The notes beneath the pieces are model-generated. The model saw only the letters and a list, made by a program, of their open reading frames with translations, searched no databases and was not told the DNA's origin. The position numbers and the translations under genes are program-made. A stretch of DNA of 64,000 nucleotides from the human T2T-CHM13v2.0 reference genome, Homo sapiens. This document shows positions 25,671 to 38,790 of the stretch, in pieces (position 1 is the stretch's first letter; each line of letters begins with the position of its first letter). Where the stretch lies: the NCBI RefSeq assembly GCF_009914755.1, contig NC_060926.1; one strand, 5' to 3'.

Positions 25671-26464
25671 CTAGGATAAGGGAAGGACTAAGTCAGTGAA
25701 GAGGAGATCAGGTAGGACAAGAGGCAGAGAGGGAGAATAAGGAGACACGAGTGTGAGGTGGCAGAGGAGGATTGTTGCGGAGTTGTATTTGTGTGGAAGG
25801 CCTTTAGCCAAGTATTTTGGTAAGACCAGCTTGCTTTATTTCGGGGGATGAATATTTAGCTGAGTGCAATGGACTAAGGTAATAATAACTATTAAGGGGC
25901 TTGAATTCTTGTCTTGGTTCTTGCACTAACGGACACATACCTTTCCCTTTCTCTGCTCATCTACAAAATAAAGACAGTGCATGGTCTTTTCAATGATCTT
26001 CCTTCACAATAGCATCTCAGTCACTTGCCCTGGCACCCTAGAGAAAACCTAGGACCACTTAATTTTCCCAGGTCACTTTGCCATGCCAATTTTAAAACCT
26101 GTCAGCTTTTCTACAGATCCAAGTGATTGTCGAGAGAGAGTGTTCAGCTTAGAGTTGGCTGCCTTCTGTAAGGCCTCCACTCTTCAGGGGGACATGGGTG
26201 CTATGCTGAGCTGCCTGGCACCCCCTCATCTCTCCTTCTTGTATTCTCCTCTGCCACATTTGCATCCATTTGACCACTATCTGGAGAATACCTGTTGAGG
26301 GTGTTGTCAAGGTGATTCCTGCACCAGCTGGGAATTTAACTAGGTGTTCTTTGGAGCTCCCCTTAATTCTGAGATGAAGACTTAAATCATTTCTAGAATC
26401 AGAAGGAAGAGATAGAGAAGAAAGAGCACGACATGGCTTCTGAATTTTTTTTTAAATTATGGTT

Positions 26465-26850
26465 GTCTTCTCTTTCTTTTCTTCTTCTTCTTCTTCTTTT
26501 TTTTTTTGTAAAACTGGGCAATGTGTTGTGCAGAACATTTTAGTTGTGGGGTTTCAGAAAGCAAGCAAGCAGGCAAGCAAAAAGACAGAAAAAGAGAAAG
26601 AAAAGAAAGAGAAGGAGGGAGAAAAGGAAGAAAAGTTAAAGGAAGAAAGAAATGAAAGAAGGCAAGAAAAAAAGGAGGAAGGAAGGGAGAAAGGGAGGGA
26701 GGAAGAAAAGAAAGGAAGAAAAAAGGAAGAATAACTTGTCGCAAAGATGTAAGGAGGCTGAACAGAAGAGACGTAGATGGGAGAAAGGGGACAAAAGAGA
26801 GGAGAGAAAGAGAAAAAAGAAGAGAAGAGAGTGATGAAAGGAAATCAAAG
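26465..26850. repeat. (TTC)n/poly-T followed by a ~290-bp GA-rich polypurine low-complexity tract
   Basis: Direct inspection. Confidence 0.9.
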
Positions 26851-27210
26851 AGACAAATGTGGATGGGTTTCCAGGCAGCTGCAGTCCTGCCCGCCCCCAT
26901 ACGCGGCGATGACTTCCTCCAAGGAAGAACTTGTGCAACTGTGGAGCTGATCAGGCCGCCCGGGCTGCCTTTCAGCTCACAGTCACTGCTGTCTCTGAAG
27001 GATGCTGGAAGTGGAAAACTTCGCACTTGCTCCCTTGCCAGTGCTGTATCAGGAGAAATAGGCAGTTGGAGAACACTGTTGGGTTGATGGTTTTCTGACC
27101 TCTTGTGCTGCCCCATGGCTTGTTTGTGCATCCAAATTTCTCAGCAAGCATGGAGATAATGCAGGAGCAGAAGGATGCAAGTGGGCACTGCAAGCCCACA
27201 CTTCACATTT
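26850..27210 (-). pseudogene. Fossil DHC exon, AAA6 lid (AAA_lid_11-like)
   Basis: Acceptor tctttttggactctttacAG. SHGAAQEVRKPSTQQCSPTAYF / SPDTALAREQVRSF / SSLEEVIAAYGGG ~ [49 protein letters not shown]. Confidence 0.75.
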
Positions 27211-27369
27211 CTGTAAAGAGTCCAAAAAGACTAAGCAAGGCAATGAAATGAAGTAGAGAAAATTTTGAGAAGATAGCAAAGCTCTGTCCAAACTTCTTTC
27301 AGAATCATCTTGATTAATTTTGTTAAAATTACTTTAAGGGACCTTTTCTTTAAAAAAAAAATTAAAGGA

Positions 27370-28210
27370 GTTTTCTTCAGCACCACAAAAACCCGGATGC
27401 AAATCCTACTGTATTTTATTCAGAGCAGGTCGTTTAATCTTTCAGTCTCAGTCTTCTTGCTTCAACTGTGGGATAACACTACCAGTCTTGTAGAAATTGC
27501 TGCAAGAATGAGAGACTTAGGTTTTCTTGACTAAAGCAGATCTGTTTCTGGAGGGTCTTGTTGCTTCTTTGTGTGCTGTTTGGCATTTGGCTGGCGCTCA
27601 GCGACTGTCAGTTCTAAGCTCTTTAAGCTTCTGATTCCACTTCTTTCTTCATTTTACCATTCAGTGAAGTTCACCAAAGCATATGCATTACTAGAAAATG
27701 ATAATTTATTTTGAAAAGCAAACAAAAGAAGGTTTTATGTGGCAAATACATTCAGAAGGAAGAAGAGATAATTAGCCACCACAGAGGCCCCATGACGTTC
27801 ATTCACTTGCAAAGAAGTTGGTGGCATCTCAATGGCATCTATTTTCTGCCGACTCTGTGTACTTAGCTTTGGTGTTAGCTCCACTGAAGTGCATTGCTTT
27901 CACCTGGAGGGATGCTTTTCATCCACATCCAGACTACCTACAGCATCGCCATTTATAGCCTTCTATGTATTAATACTTTTCCCCATCAAGTTGAACCCCT
28001 GGAACTGGTTTCCTTAGTGTGTCGTTTTTATTCTCATCTGCACAATTTTTGTTTTCTCCCCTGAAACTTTGGAAAGTATTTTTGTATTCTTCTATTTCCT
28101 GCCGTTTCTTACTAATTTTTCTAAGGAGAATCAGCTGTTCATGCCATCTGGTCACAGGATTCTCAAGAATTAGAGAAGAGTTTTTAGTGATAAGAAATGT
28201 CATCATTACT
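27370..28210 (-). pseudogene. Probable fossil exon(s), charged low-complexity insert
   Basis: Non-repeat, stop-poor minus frames (LENPVTRWHEQLILLRKISKKRQEIEEYK..; SLKSLELTVAERQPNAKQHTKKQQDPPE). Acceptor cattttctAG at 27691-92. Confidence 0.4.
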
Positions 28211-29060
28211 TGCTTCAGGTATGCAGGCAGGAGTGAGGAGATTTAGAGAGGTCTCATGCTTCATCCTGTTGGATTAAGCTGTGGTTTAATACAGGAGCAT
28301 TGTTTGGAGGTGGTGTTGTACAATCACCCACAGAGATGTAGACACGCTCACACACAAATATACATACACATACGGGCAGAGAATATACAGCAGAATAGGA
28401 ACGTGGGAGGTCAGCCCTCTAATTCCACTTCTGTCACTAACTTGCAGTGTGACACTAGAATGATGACATCATCCTATAAAGCAGATCATGTGTTCCAATT
28501 TTATAGATGAGAGTACTGAGGTGCAGGGTTGTTATTTTTTGCTCTGAATACCACATTTCTATTATATAGACCAGCAAATATTCAAGTTTAGTTTTCCTAG
28601 TTCCTGAACTAAATGTTCAAAGTTTAGATCTGAAGGGAGAACCATCATATGGCTCTGTCTTTAACTCAGTGCCTACACTCTTATGATTCCTTTGGGCCGT
28701 ACTCTCTGGTCCCTCTGCTAAGTAGGTGGTCCTCAAGAAAGAGAAGCCTGACTTACATATTCCACTCATAACTCCATCTGTAGGTACTCAACTCACCTTT
28801 CACATTAATTTAGGGCCAACTCCATGCCAGACATAATTGAGACACTTGAGATAAAGAAGAAAAAAAGACAAAATTATCTCATATTATGAATGTACACTGT
28901 AGTGGGAGTTTGGGGAAAACGGAATATAAACAAATCATTAAAGGAGATAAATTCAGATGATAATATCAAGAATATAAATGGAGAGATGTGATTCACAATA
29001 ATATTGGGGATGCTATCTTAGATGGCCTGCTTAAGAAAAACCTCTCAAAAAGATAGCAAC

Positions 29061-29332
<272 letters not shown>

Positions 29333-29673
29333 AGATATAGCAACTAAGCTGTGAGCTGGAGGATGAGAAGCAACGACTATGAAAAGAATCTGGGAACTCC
29401 GGTCCAGGAAGTGGGAAGAGCAGGAGCCAAGGCTCTGAGGTGGGAATAAACTTTGCCTGTTCAGAGAAAGAGTATCCAGGGTTGCTGGACCTTCACAAGT
29501 AAGACAGAGGTGATACAATGAGGCTTGGGGAGGTCACACCGGCCTTTAGAGATAGTACAGGGGAAGGCTTAGATTTTTATTTTAGATGTAGTCAGATGAC
29601 AGAAGATTATTGAGCCTGGGAAATGAATAATTGGATTTTTGTTTTTGAGATAACACTCTGAAACAGAAGGATA

Positions 29674-30006
<333 letters not shown>

Positions 30007-30174
30007 TTAGGAGGTCACTGCAATAGAATAGATGAGAAATGCTGGCAGCTCTGGCTGAGGGGTGGCAGGGGACACTGGAAAGGCTACAGGGTGGAGCTCA
30101 GACACACTGCATGAGGTATTCCAGTGGACTGGATGTGGGAGATGGCCTGTCCTCCTTGTAACAATCGCAATGAA

Positions 30175-30452
30175 CAAGCTTACAAAAACACAGTAAAGAT
30201 AGAAGGAGTAAGTTCTAGTATTTAATAGTGTAGTAGGAAAATTATAGTTCACGATGATTTATTGTATATTTCAAAATAGTTAGAAGAGAAGGATTGTGAT
30301 ATTTCCAACACAAAGAAATAATACATGTTTGAGGTGATGTATATCCTAATTACCCTGGTTTGGCCATTACACATGGTATACAGGTATCAAAATACCACAT
30401 GTACCCCCAAACATGTATAAGTATTATATATCAATAAAAAATCAAAAAATAA
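30175..30452 (+). mobile_element. L1MA 3' end
   Basis: atttattgtatatttcaaaatagttagaagagaagg..ccaacacaaagaaataata..aataaaaaa. Confidence 0.85.
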
Positions 30453-32691
30453 AATGACCAGAAGAAAATGGGCAACTAAAAGATGGCCTGAAGGAGAAGG
30501 CTGAAGAAAAGTGCAAAAGAGACTGAGAGAGAGCAGATCTAGAGGTGGAGGACACCAGGAGAGGCTGTGGTCAAGGAAGAAAAGAGGATAAAGAGAATGG
30601 CCAATGGGATGGAAGGGCACTGGATGACCCAGTAAGGAAGTCAAAATGAGAAAGAATAAGTGGAATGAAGTAGTAGGGATGAAGATGGAACTACCATGCC
30701 CTGTTGAGTGAATGTGTGGTGAAGAAGTGTCCCCAGAGAATATGGAAACCTTGAAAAGTGTGGCTAGCAAAAGGAAGGGGGCAGTGTATGGTAACCAGAG
30801 GAGAACATGAAAGCCTGCCAGAAGGACCCAGTGCAATGTTTGAGCAAAGTTCCTGGGGAGGTGGCAGAGTGGAGATTCCAGCTGAGAGCAATGGCAGAAG
30901 GACTGCCTTCTGACACTGAGAAAGACCTACCCCCTGTCGACCCCGGACTCTTTTGACCCTGTTCCTCTCAGGAAACTTTGTTCTCTTTCTGACATCTTAG
31001 CTCCTCTTCACTCCCTCCCTCCTGCTCACCTCCTTTGTTTGCCATCAAACCCTGTTGTTTGAAGTGATTGCTCAGAGCCAGGTGTGAGAAAGAAAGCACA
31101 CGGATTGAATAAGTTTGCACTGGAGTGTCATTGAATAGAGGCCTCCTCATACTTCCTGGGGTGTTCAAATTTTAAAAGAGAGCATAAGTAAACCCAAGCT
31201 ACATTCTAATAAGTAAAGGATTCTTTAGACAATAAAAAATCTGGGGGTGGTAGACTGATTTTGAGTGATTTATAACCAGAGGCTATCTAGTGATCTAGCT
31301 TAAAATCACCCCCAAGGGACATCCACTTTGCTTAACTGTGTCTGAGCCTAGGCCTGTCCTTTTCAAAGCTGCTTTTAAAGATTTCTTAATTATAAATTGT
31401 GATTGTCTTTAACACTGGAAAAACCCCACCTAATATAATATGTATTTTATCAAGTGCTCTAGAGATTTTAGACATTGTTGAGGGTGGGAGTAGGGAGGGA
31501 GGGTCCGAAAGCAGGCTGAACATGAAAAACAGGAGGATTCAATTAGGAAAAAAGCCTCCCTATAACCCCCCTGGGACTATGCTGCCTCATTCCTGCAGGA
31601 GATTCCATCTTTGAAATGTCTTCTCTACAAAACTCCCTCCCCAACCCCCCTTGAAATTTCACAGCTGTGATACAGAGAGACTTTGAAGGGCAGAAAGACA
31701 GGGGGATTTTTTTCTTCCTTCATGGTTATATTTAACAGCTAGTTTCCACATGGTATTAATAAACATTTAAACTTCAAAAACTTAACCTGACATTTCTACA
31801 TCCTTTCTATTGTTGCTATGTTTTTGTCTTATGAAATGTCTTACACAAATGATTTCTTATGGAACACACACTACAAAAGGGTTCACATGCTTCTGGATTC
31901 AGAAAGATGTCTGTTTTTTGTTAAAGTCTCTATAGGTGCCCCAGAAATACTGGGGTGGTGATTATTATTCTAGGGACAGGCATCTAAGGATATGAGTCCA
32001 AAGACTGGATTGAAACTCCAAGATCTGTACATGGGAGCACAAGAAGTGAAAATCCACATATTCTATTGGCAAAAGAGCCAAAGAGGGCAGTGGTACAGTG
32101 AGCACTAGCTTACAACCTTTCATTCAAATCCCAGATATACTACAGGCCACCTGTGTGATCTTGAGTAAGCCACTTAATCATTCTGCCTCAGTTTTCTCAT
32201 CTCTATGATGAGCATAATTATGCTTTCCTTCAGAGAGCATTGAGATTTAAACTAAATAATGTATTTTAAAAACTTGCACATAGGTGTTGTTCAATAATAA
32301 TAATTGTGAATGATTTAGCAAGAGTATTCACAGTTACAGAAAGAGAAAGCAGAAGAGCAAGTAGTTGGTGGGTAAAGGGCAGTTGAGTGACAGGTGGAGG
32401 CACATGGGTCAGTGTCCAGGCAATTCAGCAGTCCCAGAAGTTATCTAGGAAGTGTGGGACTTAATGCCAGCAAACTTAAGCACAGGGGATGGAGTGGAGA
32501 GAGAAACCAGCAGTGAAGACTGAGAGCACCTCAGATTTCTGGAAAGCCCCTGTCTGGAAACCTCTGTCCTGCCTGAAAGGCTATGGGAGGACAGATCCAG
32601 GGGTGAGTAGCTTTAGTCTTGTGGCTGGGCAGATGCTGGATATGCTGGCTCTGTCTGCTGCTTGCCTGATCTGGGGTGCCAGACTCTCTAC

Positions 32692-32914
32692 CAGGAACTC
32701 CTTTGTGGATAATGTCATCTAAATGAAATTGTGTATCATGGTGACCTCCACTCCATGTGACAATGGGAGCTGGCCTGGGGATGAAGGATAACACTGCATT
32801 GAGTAGCGTGGCTCCATTCCCTATCTTCCTGAGGACAAGCAGAGCGAGGGAGCCACTTTGGAAACACTCACGTCTCTAGATGATCATCCTAAGGAACACG
32901 ACCATCACCTTCTA
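32692..32914 (-). pseudogene. Two small fossil exons (32872-32914; 32692-32774) with a 97-nt intron
   Basis: Acceptor ctcacttcctttacccccAG, donor GAC|gtgagt, acceptor ttatccttcatccccAG. Phases join: EGDGRVP*DDHLET-PAPIVTWSGGHHDTQFHLDDIIHKGVP. Confidence 0.5.
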
Positions 32915-33847
32915 CTGGGGGTAAAGGAAGTGAGGTTTTCGTTTTCAGGATGCCATTCCTCAGAAATCTTCATATCTGCTCTTTTGTTCCATAGCAGTGG
33001 GTGATTTAGTTCTGAGAGACAGGTGCTAAGGAGAACAGACAGCGTGGGCTAGAATTTGGCCTCTGCCACCTACTACCTGTGTGATTAGAGGGAGTTTTCT
33101 CCTTTCTGGATCTCTGCTTCCTTATATGTTAGAATAGGCCTGCTAATCCCCAATTTATAGGATTGGCAAAGGGGTTGCACTGGAAATCATACACACACAC
33201 TATTACACGTATGATATTATATAATAATGTATATACATTATGACAAGTTTAAGACAATAACTAGCAAGTAGTAACAGGATAGGGCTTTGCTTTGGTAGCT
33301 CTTAAGGTTACTGTGGTTGACCAGTGTAGATCCATAAGCTCATGGGCCTGACTGTCCCTCTGCCTGGGTAAGAGATCCTCTAAGTAAGTGGCTCTGTTCT
33401 ATTAAGGACCTCAGTGTTCAGGGACACAGACAGGTGAAGGGACATGAGGAGGTCACAGACACTTCATTTTTCTAAAACTGCGCTTTAATCATTCTATTGT
33501 CCTGATGAAAACCTTTCACTTGCTCCTGATCACTTTCTGTATAAATTTCCACCTTCTCCTCAGAGTCTACAATGATAAGTGGGATGGGTTCTTGCTCAGT
33601 TCTAGCCTAGACCACAGGGAAGCCAGCCTTGATGGGTTAAGCACTCTTTCAAATGTAAACTTTTTATTGCCCTTGGCCCAGGACTATGCTTGTTTGTTTT
33701 AGGGCTGTTAGCTCAGTAGATTGTGAACCTTCCAGGATAGAGAGGTCAGTGCATTTCATCTCTGCATGTCCCAAACCTAATAGCTAGCCTGGAAAATATT
33801 TGTCCAATAGATAAATGATGGAATAACTTGGTTTTCAGCCCATAGCA

Positions 33848-34030
33848 TCATACTTCTCATAGTGTGATCCTCAGACCACCTGCAGCAACACATCCTTGGG
33901 GAGCTTGTTAAAACTGGGAGGTTCTGAGCCTCACCCCAGACTCACAGCTTCTCTCGGGTGGGGCTCTGATATCTGCATTGCTAACAGACTCCTTGTTTCA
34001 TTATAGTCACACTGATGTTGAGAATCATGA
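33848..34030. mobile_element. MER5-like hAT-Charlie
   Basis: ttctcatagtgtgatcc..ggagcttgttaaaa..atctgcatt..ttgagaatca. Confidence 0.7.
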
Positions 34031-34486
34031 CTGTAGCAGATAGAAGCAGACAAAGGCTGCAGAGGCAAACACTGGCAAGGAGCTGCAAACCTGATGGGTG
34101 AATGCGGGGAGAGTGGGCAGAGTCAGAACCAACTCACTGCAGAAGTTTTGAACTGATGGTCGTAATAGTCTAATAGACAATCATAATAATGACACCACAT
34201 CATTAAGAAAAGTTTAAACTCATAGTCAATAATCTCTCTTTAGGAAAACAGTAGTTACGTATAAATCCTTTTAGGAAGATTTCCACCCAAACCTGGAAAA
34301 GCTAGAATTGGAAAAGCTGAAAAATGAAAAATGAATTATTTGGAACATTAACTTCCACCAAAAAAAAAAAAGCTTACAGGTGAATTTAATAGGGAATAAC
34401 TAAAATGCAGCATAGATACTAAGTTTATTTTAGGGACTTTGTTTTTTGCCATTGTCACTTTCACAAATTGACCTCATCAATGGAGC

Positions 34487-34850
34487 TGATATGGTTTGGC
34501 TGTGTCCCCAGCCAAATCTCGTCTTCAGTTGTACTCACCATAATCCTCACAGGTCCTGGGAGGGACCTGGTGAGAGATAATTGAATCGTGGGGGAAGTTT
34601 CCCCCATGTTGTTCTCCTGATAGTGAGTGAGTTCTCACAAGATCTGATGGTTTTATATGCATCTGGCATTTTTCCTGCTGGCACTCATACTCTCTCCTGA
34701 AGTCCTGTGAAGAGGTGCCTTCTGATATGATTGTAAGTCTCCTGAGGCCTTCCCAGCCATGTGGAACTGTGAGTCAATTAAACGTCTTTCCTTTATAAAT
34801 TACCTATTCTATGGTGTTTCTTCATAGCAGCGTGAGAATGAACTAATGCA
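34487..34850 (+). mobile_element. THE1 (D-like) solo LTR
   Basis: TG..CA ends, 5-bp TSD ggagc. Confidence 0.93.
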
Positions 34851-35382
34851 GGAGCCAAACAGAGGAAGAGTCCAGGAGAACCAAGTAACCTATGGATGGG
34901 AGTGCTTAGCTTACACTACACAGTACCATGAACAGACTCTGCAGGGAACTCAGAGGCTACAAGTTCTGGGTTCATATCTCACCTTCAGCTCTTCCTTATC
35001 CTGGGCCCCTGAGTATCTCTTGCACTCGAAAATGGCAAATGATATTTAAATCACGCAGTTTTATAAGAAGTATGTTTAGTAGTAGGTAAATGCCAGGTGC
35101 TTTACCTATATTATTATTATTAAAAAATGATTATTTCCTACATGACAAAACTGAGATTTGAAGAGCATAAGGATTTTCTCACGGATGTTAGCCAGCAAGT
35201 GTTGGAGTTCAACTTTGATTCCAGGTTTGTTTCCCTAATGCATGTACCAACGCCCGGCGCCTAGTAGGATATTAATGAATTTAAATTCTTCTTTTCCCAT
35301 TGCTAACAGGATTCTAAAGTATATTTAAAAAAAAATGCTTGGAGCATCTCAGCAGTCTTTCAAACCACGTTTTTGGCTATAC

Positions 35383-35869
35383 CACAGAAACAGCTAGCAT
35401 CTCTCTTTCTCTCCCAGATTCTCTCCATCTGGAAATATTATACAAGTCTTTTTCAGGGCACAGGTGACTGCCATGGTGGGAAGGGCCAGATGCTGAAAGA
35501 GTGACCTCAAAGGTGACCAGGATCAAAGTGGACATGGGCTTTGTAGATCAAAGGCATTGCCTCCCCCGTGGAGGGGCCCAGAGAGCCAAAGTCCGGGCAA
35601 TCTGCAAGCCCAGGCTGTGGGATCGTCATGCTCCCGTCGGTTCATTTCCTAATTAGGCAGCCAAGTGCATCAGCTGAGACTTCTGGGTGGTCTGAGTGTG
35701 GCTCTCCAGTTGCTAACCATTGCTGGTGCTCTACCGGGGAGGTCTCTAGGCATGCAGAATGGTGGTTGGGCCCAGCCTCAGAGAGAAAGGTCTTACCATT
35801 CAGATGAGACAGTTAGCTCCCAGCCATGCAGTCATTATGATTTTAGAGACTTCTGTTGTCCTTAGAAGC
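35383..35869 (-). pseudogene. Fossil DHC exon, AAA6 core
   Basis: CLETSPVEHQQWLA ~ LEKAVKEGTWVV; ADCPDF followed by a +1 shift to ALWA ~ HPDFRLWLT. Boundaries approximate. Confidence 0.6.
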
Positions 35870-36240
35870 CTGCTTTAAATTAGCTGTTAGTTTTATAATT
35901 CGGGCTTAAAGAGGTGTTCAGATCCCTAAGCCACTTTCACCTCATAGTGCTAGTTTGCTGGCCTTAATAGACAGCATATCTTTGAAAGGTCTATACTGGC
36001 AGAACCATAGGATGACTCCCACACCAGAGCAGCATAAATGATAATTAAAGCTTCCGGTTACTGAGAACTTACTAACGGGATTTTACACGTCACTCTAATC
36101 CTCACAAAACTCCTGCTGGTGGGTATGATTATCCCCATGTTATAGATAATAAAACCAAGGCTCAGAAAGACAAAATCACTTTTACGAGAACACATAGCTC
36201 AGAAGGTGCGGTATTAAATCAGTCATTTGGATCCCAAGCT

Positions 36241-36750
36241 TGTGTCTATTATCTTGTGCCACAATAATAATGCGTGGCAAACTACCACAAACCCTCAGTG
36301 CCAATTAACACTCAATGTTTATTTTTGCTTACTAGTCTGCAGGGGAGGTGGGAAGTTCTGCTGATCTGGACCAGGCTCCACTGATTGGGACTCAGCTCAT
36401 TCCTGTGTGTTTGGCCAGCTGCTGGGTTGGCTGGGGTCAGGGTTATCCTGGATGATTTCTGCTTGGATGATTTCTCCCTGCGCCACGTGGCTCTCAGCCC
36501 CCCACATGCCAGCCTGGGTTTGTTCTCTGGGAATGGCAGGGGTCCACGCACAAGAGCTTAGGCATATAGCCCTGGGTTTGGAATTGCCACCGTGTTATGT
36601 CTATCTCGTTCTATTGGCCAACACAAGGTGTAGATTCAAGCACAGAGAAATAGATTCCATTTGTAGTTGGGAGGTGCTCTAATGTCACACTTGCAAAGAT
36701 GGTTGAATATAGAGGGGGCATTGATTGGTGCCCTTAACGAAATCATTTTA
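36241..36750 (-). mobile_element. Old MaLR LTR (MLT1H/I/J-like)
   Basis: aactaccacaaaccctcagtg; ttctattggccaacacaag. Confidence 0.6.
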
Positions 36751-37546
36751 TTACAAAAGCTGTGATCTTTTCACTATGCCAGTGTGCCACACATGTAGAA
36801 TACTGGAGAGTCGTGTACATTCATTTCTTGTAAAGAAGCTAGAATTTCAATAATGCCTTTCTTTTGGTTTAAGTAGCACATATATCTAAGTTCAAAGATA
36901 TATAATAAAATTCTGATCTAATTAATTTAAATTATAATTGACACCTAATGAGAAATGGAAGAAAATAAAGTGTACTATTCCCTAGTCATGGTGTTTTAGA
37001 ATTACAGAGCAAGACCTCTCAGCTCACAGAAGCACTGCCATGGTTTCTCACTGATTTTAACAGAAAATGCAAAGTCCTCTGCTTAGTACTTTAGAATGTT
37101 ACCCATCTCACCCTTGTCTTCTCTCCCATCCTGTCTCATAGCAGGTCCACCCTTCACCTCAGCTTCCTTCCTCCAGCCATAAAAAGTGGTTTGTTTTCCC
37201 CCATATTGCCTCAATCTCTCATGGTCTCTATGTCTGTGCACATGCTGTTCCTTTTGTTTGAGATGTCCTTCCTGTTGTCTTTCTTGGCTAACTCCTACTC
37301 ATCCTTTATAGCTTGAGGGCACCCTTCTCTGAGCATGACACCTGAGTTTGAGCTGCCTCACCCATCACAGCACTCTTTACACTGTGCCGCCTCGCACCTG
37401 CTTGAACCCTCTAGACAGTGAGTTCCTTGGGGGCATGGATGAGTTTCCTGTCTATGTTCCCAGTGCCTCCCCACTCACAGTCGGTGACAAGTAGTTATTT
37501 GTCAAATAAATGGAAAAGTGATCCACATACCTTGAATATTATTTAT

Positions 37547-37796
37547 CTTTTTATTATATTTTGAGTTTTAGGGTACATGTGCACAACGTGCAAGTTTGTT
37601 ACATATGTATACATGTGCCATGTTGGTGTGCTGCACCCATTAACTCGTCATTTAACATTAGGTGTAACACCGCATGTTCTCACTCATAGGTGGGAATTGA
37701 ACAATGAGAACACATGGACACAGGAAGGGGAACATCACACACTGGGGCCTGTTGTGGGGTGGGGAGGGGGGAGGGATAGCATTAGGAGATATACCT
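37547..37796. mobile_element. Short L1PA 3'UTR insertion with 5' inversion (twin priming)
   Basis: Minus segment ~37547-37665, plus segment 37666-37796; TSD aatattatttat (37535-37546 and 37797-37808). Confidence 0.9.
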
Positions 37797-37893
37797 AATA
37801 TTATTTATTTTTTGAGGAAATAACTTTTATAAATAAATGGTTTTAATTTCACAACTCCTCATGCAATTTATGCAATAAAAATGATATTTTTAC

Positions 37894-38160
37894 CTTAGTT
37901 GTTATTTTCCTAAATTGTTCTTTCATGTCATGGGTTTTACGGGCCTTTCTTGGGCCCTTTACACTTGTTCAGTTGGCTGGTTAGCCATCAAGGCCGAATG
38001 GAGACACCTATTCATGAAACAAAGCCTCAGTCATTCTGTGGGACATCTTTATGAGCCGTTCCCAGAGTCGCCTTCCAGCCCCAGCTTCATCCTCTTTGTC
38101 CCATCTCCCGGGTCTTTCTGAACACTTGGATATTGGCCTTTCATTCCAGAACAGACAGCA
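37894..38160 (-). pseudogene. Probable fossil exon
   Basis: 267 nt (multiple of 3) GC-richer island in AT-rich flanks; acceptor cctgttcAG, donor AAG|gtaaaa, phase 2-2. 5 stops and no recognisable motif. Confidence 0.4.
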
Positions 38161-38319
38161 CTGAACAGGTCATGTAGTTTAAAAAATGAGGGGGAGTACT
38201 GGCATTTCAGTAAATAGTTCCATCCTGGAGGGTTTACTGATAAAGTGGTGTGGCATGAAGGATGTCAAGGCTACAAGGAAGAAAAACAAGTGAATCAGTA
38301 CTGAATTTTCAAGTAATTC

Positions 38320-38790
38320 ATGTATATGTCTATGTAGATTTATGCACACATATTGTCTAAGTATAGCATGTATATATGCATGTTCACATGTCTGTGTATT
38401 TAACATATATATATTGAAATGTGTGCATTTATTGCTCTAGCTTTTTATACATATGCATATATGTATATCTCTGTATATATGCATGCATCTGAACATGTGC
38501 ATCTCTGTATACATATGTGTATATTTGATTTGTGTATTACATACATGTCATGCATTATGCATGCACAGCTCTGATTACCTTTCTACATAAAGGCATAGCA
38601 AGGCTCATTCAAATGTATGCATGCACATAAATATATTCATAAATATGTGCATGCATATTTACTATATGTAAATGTAGTGATCTCTGTGTATATATGTGTG
38701 ATGTAGCCATTTCTCATTATTCATATGAGCAAGTATGCATAAATGTTTTTCTACATATGCAGAAATAGAGACATAAGCACTTGCATGTAG
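38320..38790. repeat. Degenerate (TA/TG/CA) alternating purine-pyrimidine repeat
   Basis: Direct inspection. Confidence 0.8.

Noticed and set aside
26457-27131. 224-aa ORF as a real gene
   Set aside because: The C-terminal two thirds is translated pyrimidine low-complexity tract; the N-terminal part is a fragment of the pseudo-exon.
35250-35270. CTCF-like motif cccggcgcctagtag
   Set aside because: Mismatches at core positions and it lies in degenerate repeat sequence; not supportable without ChIP data.
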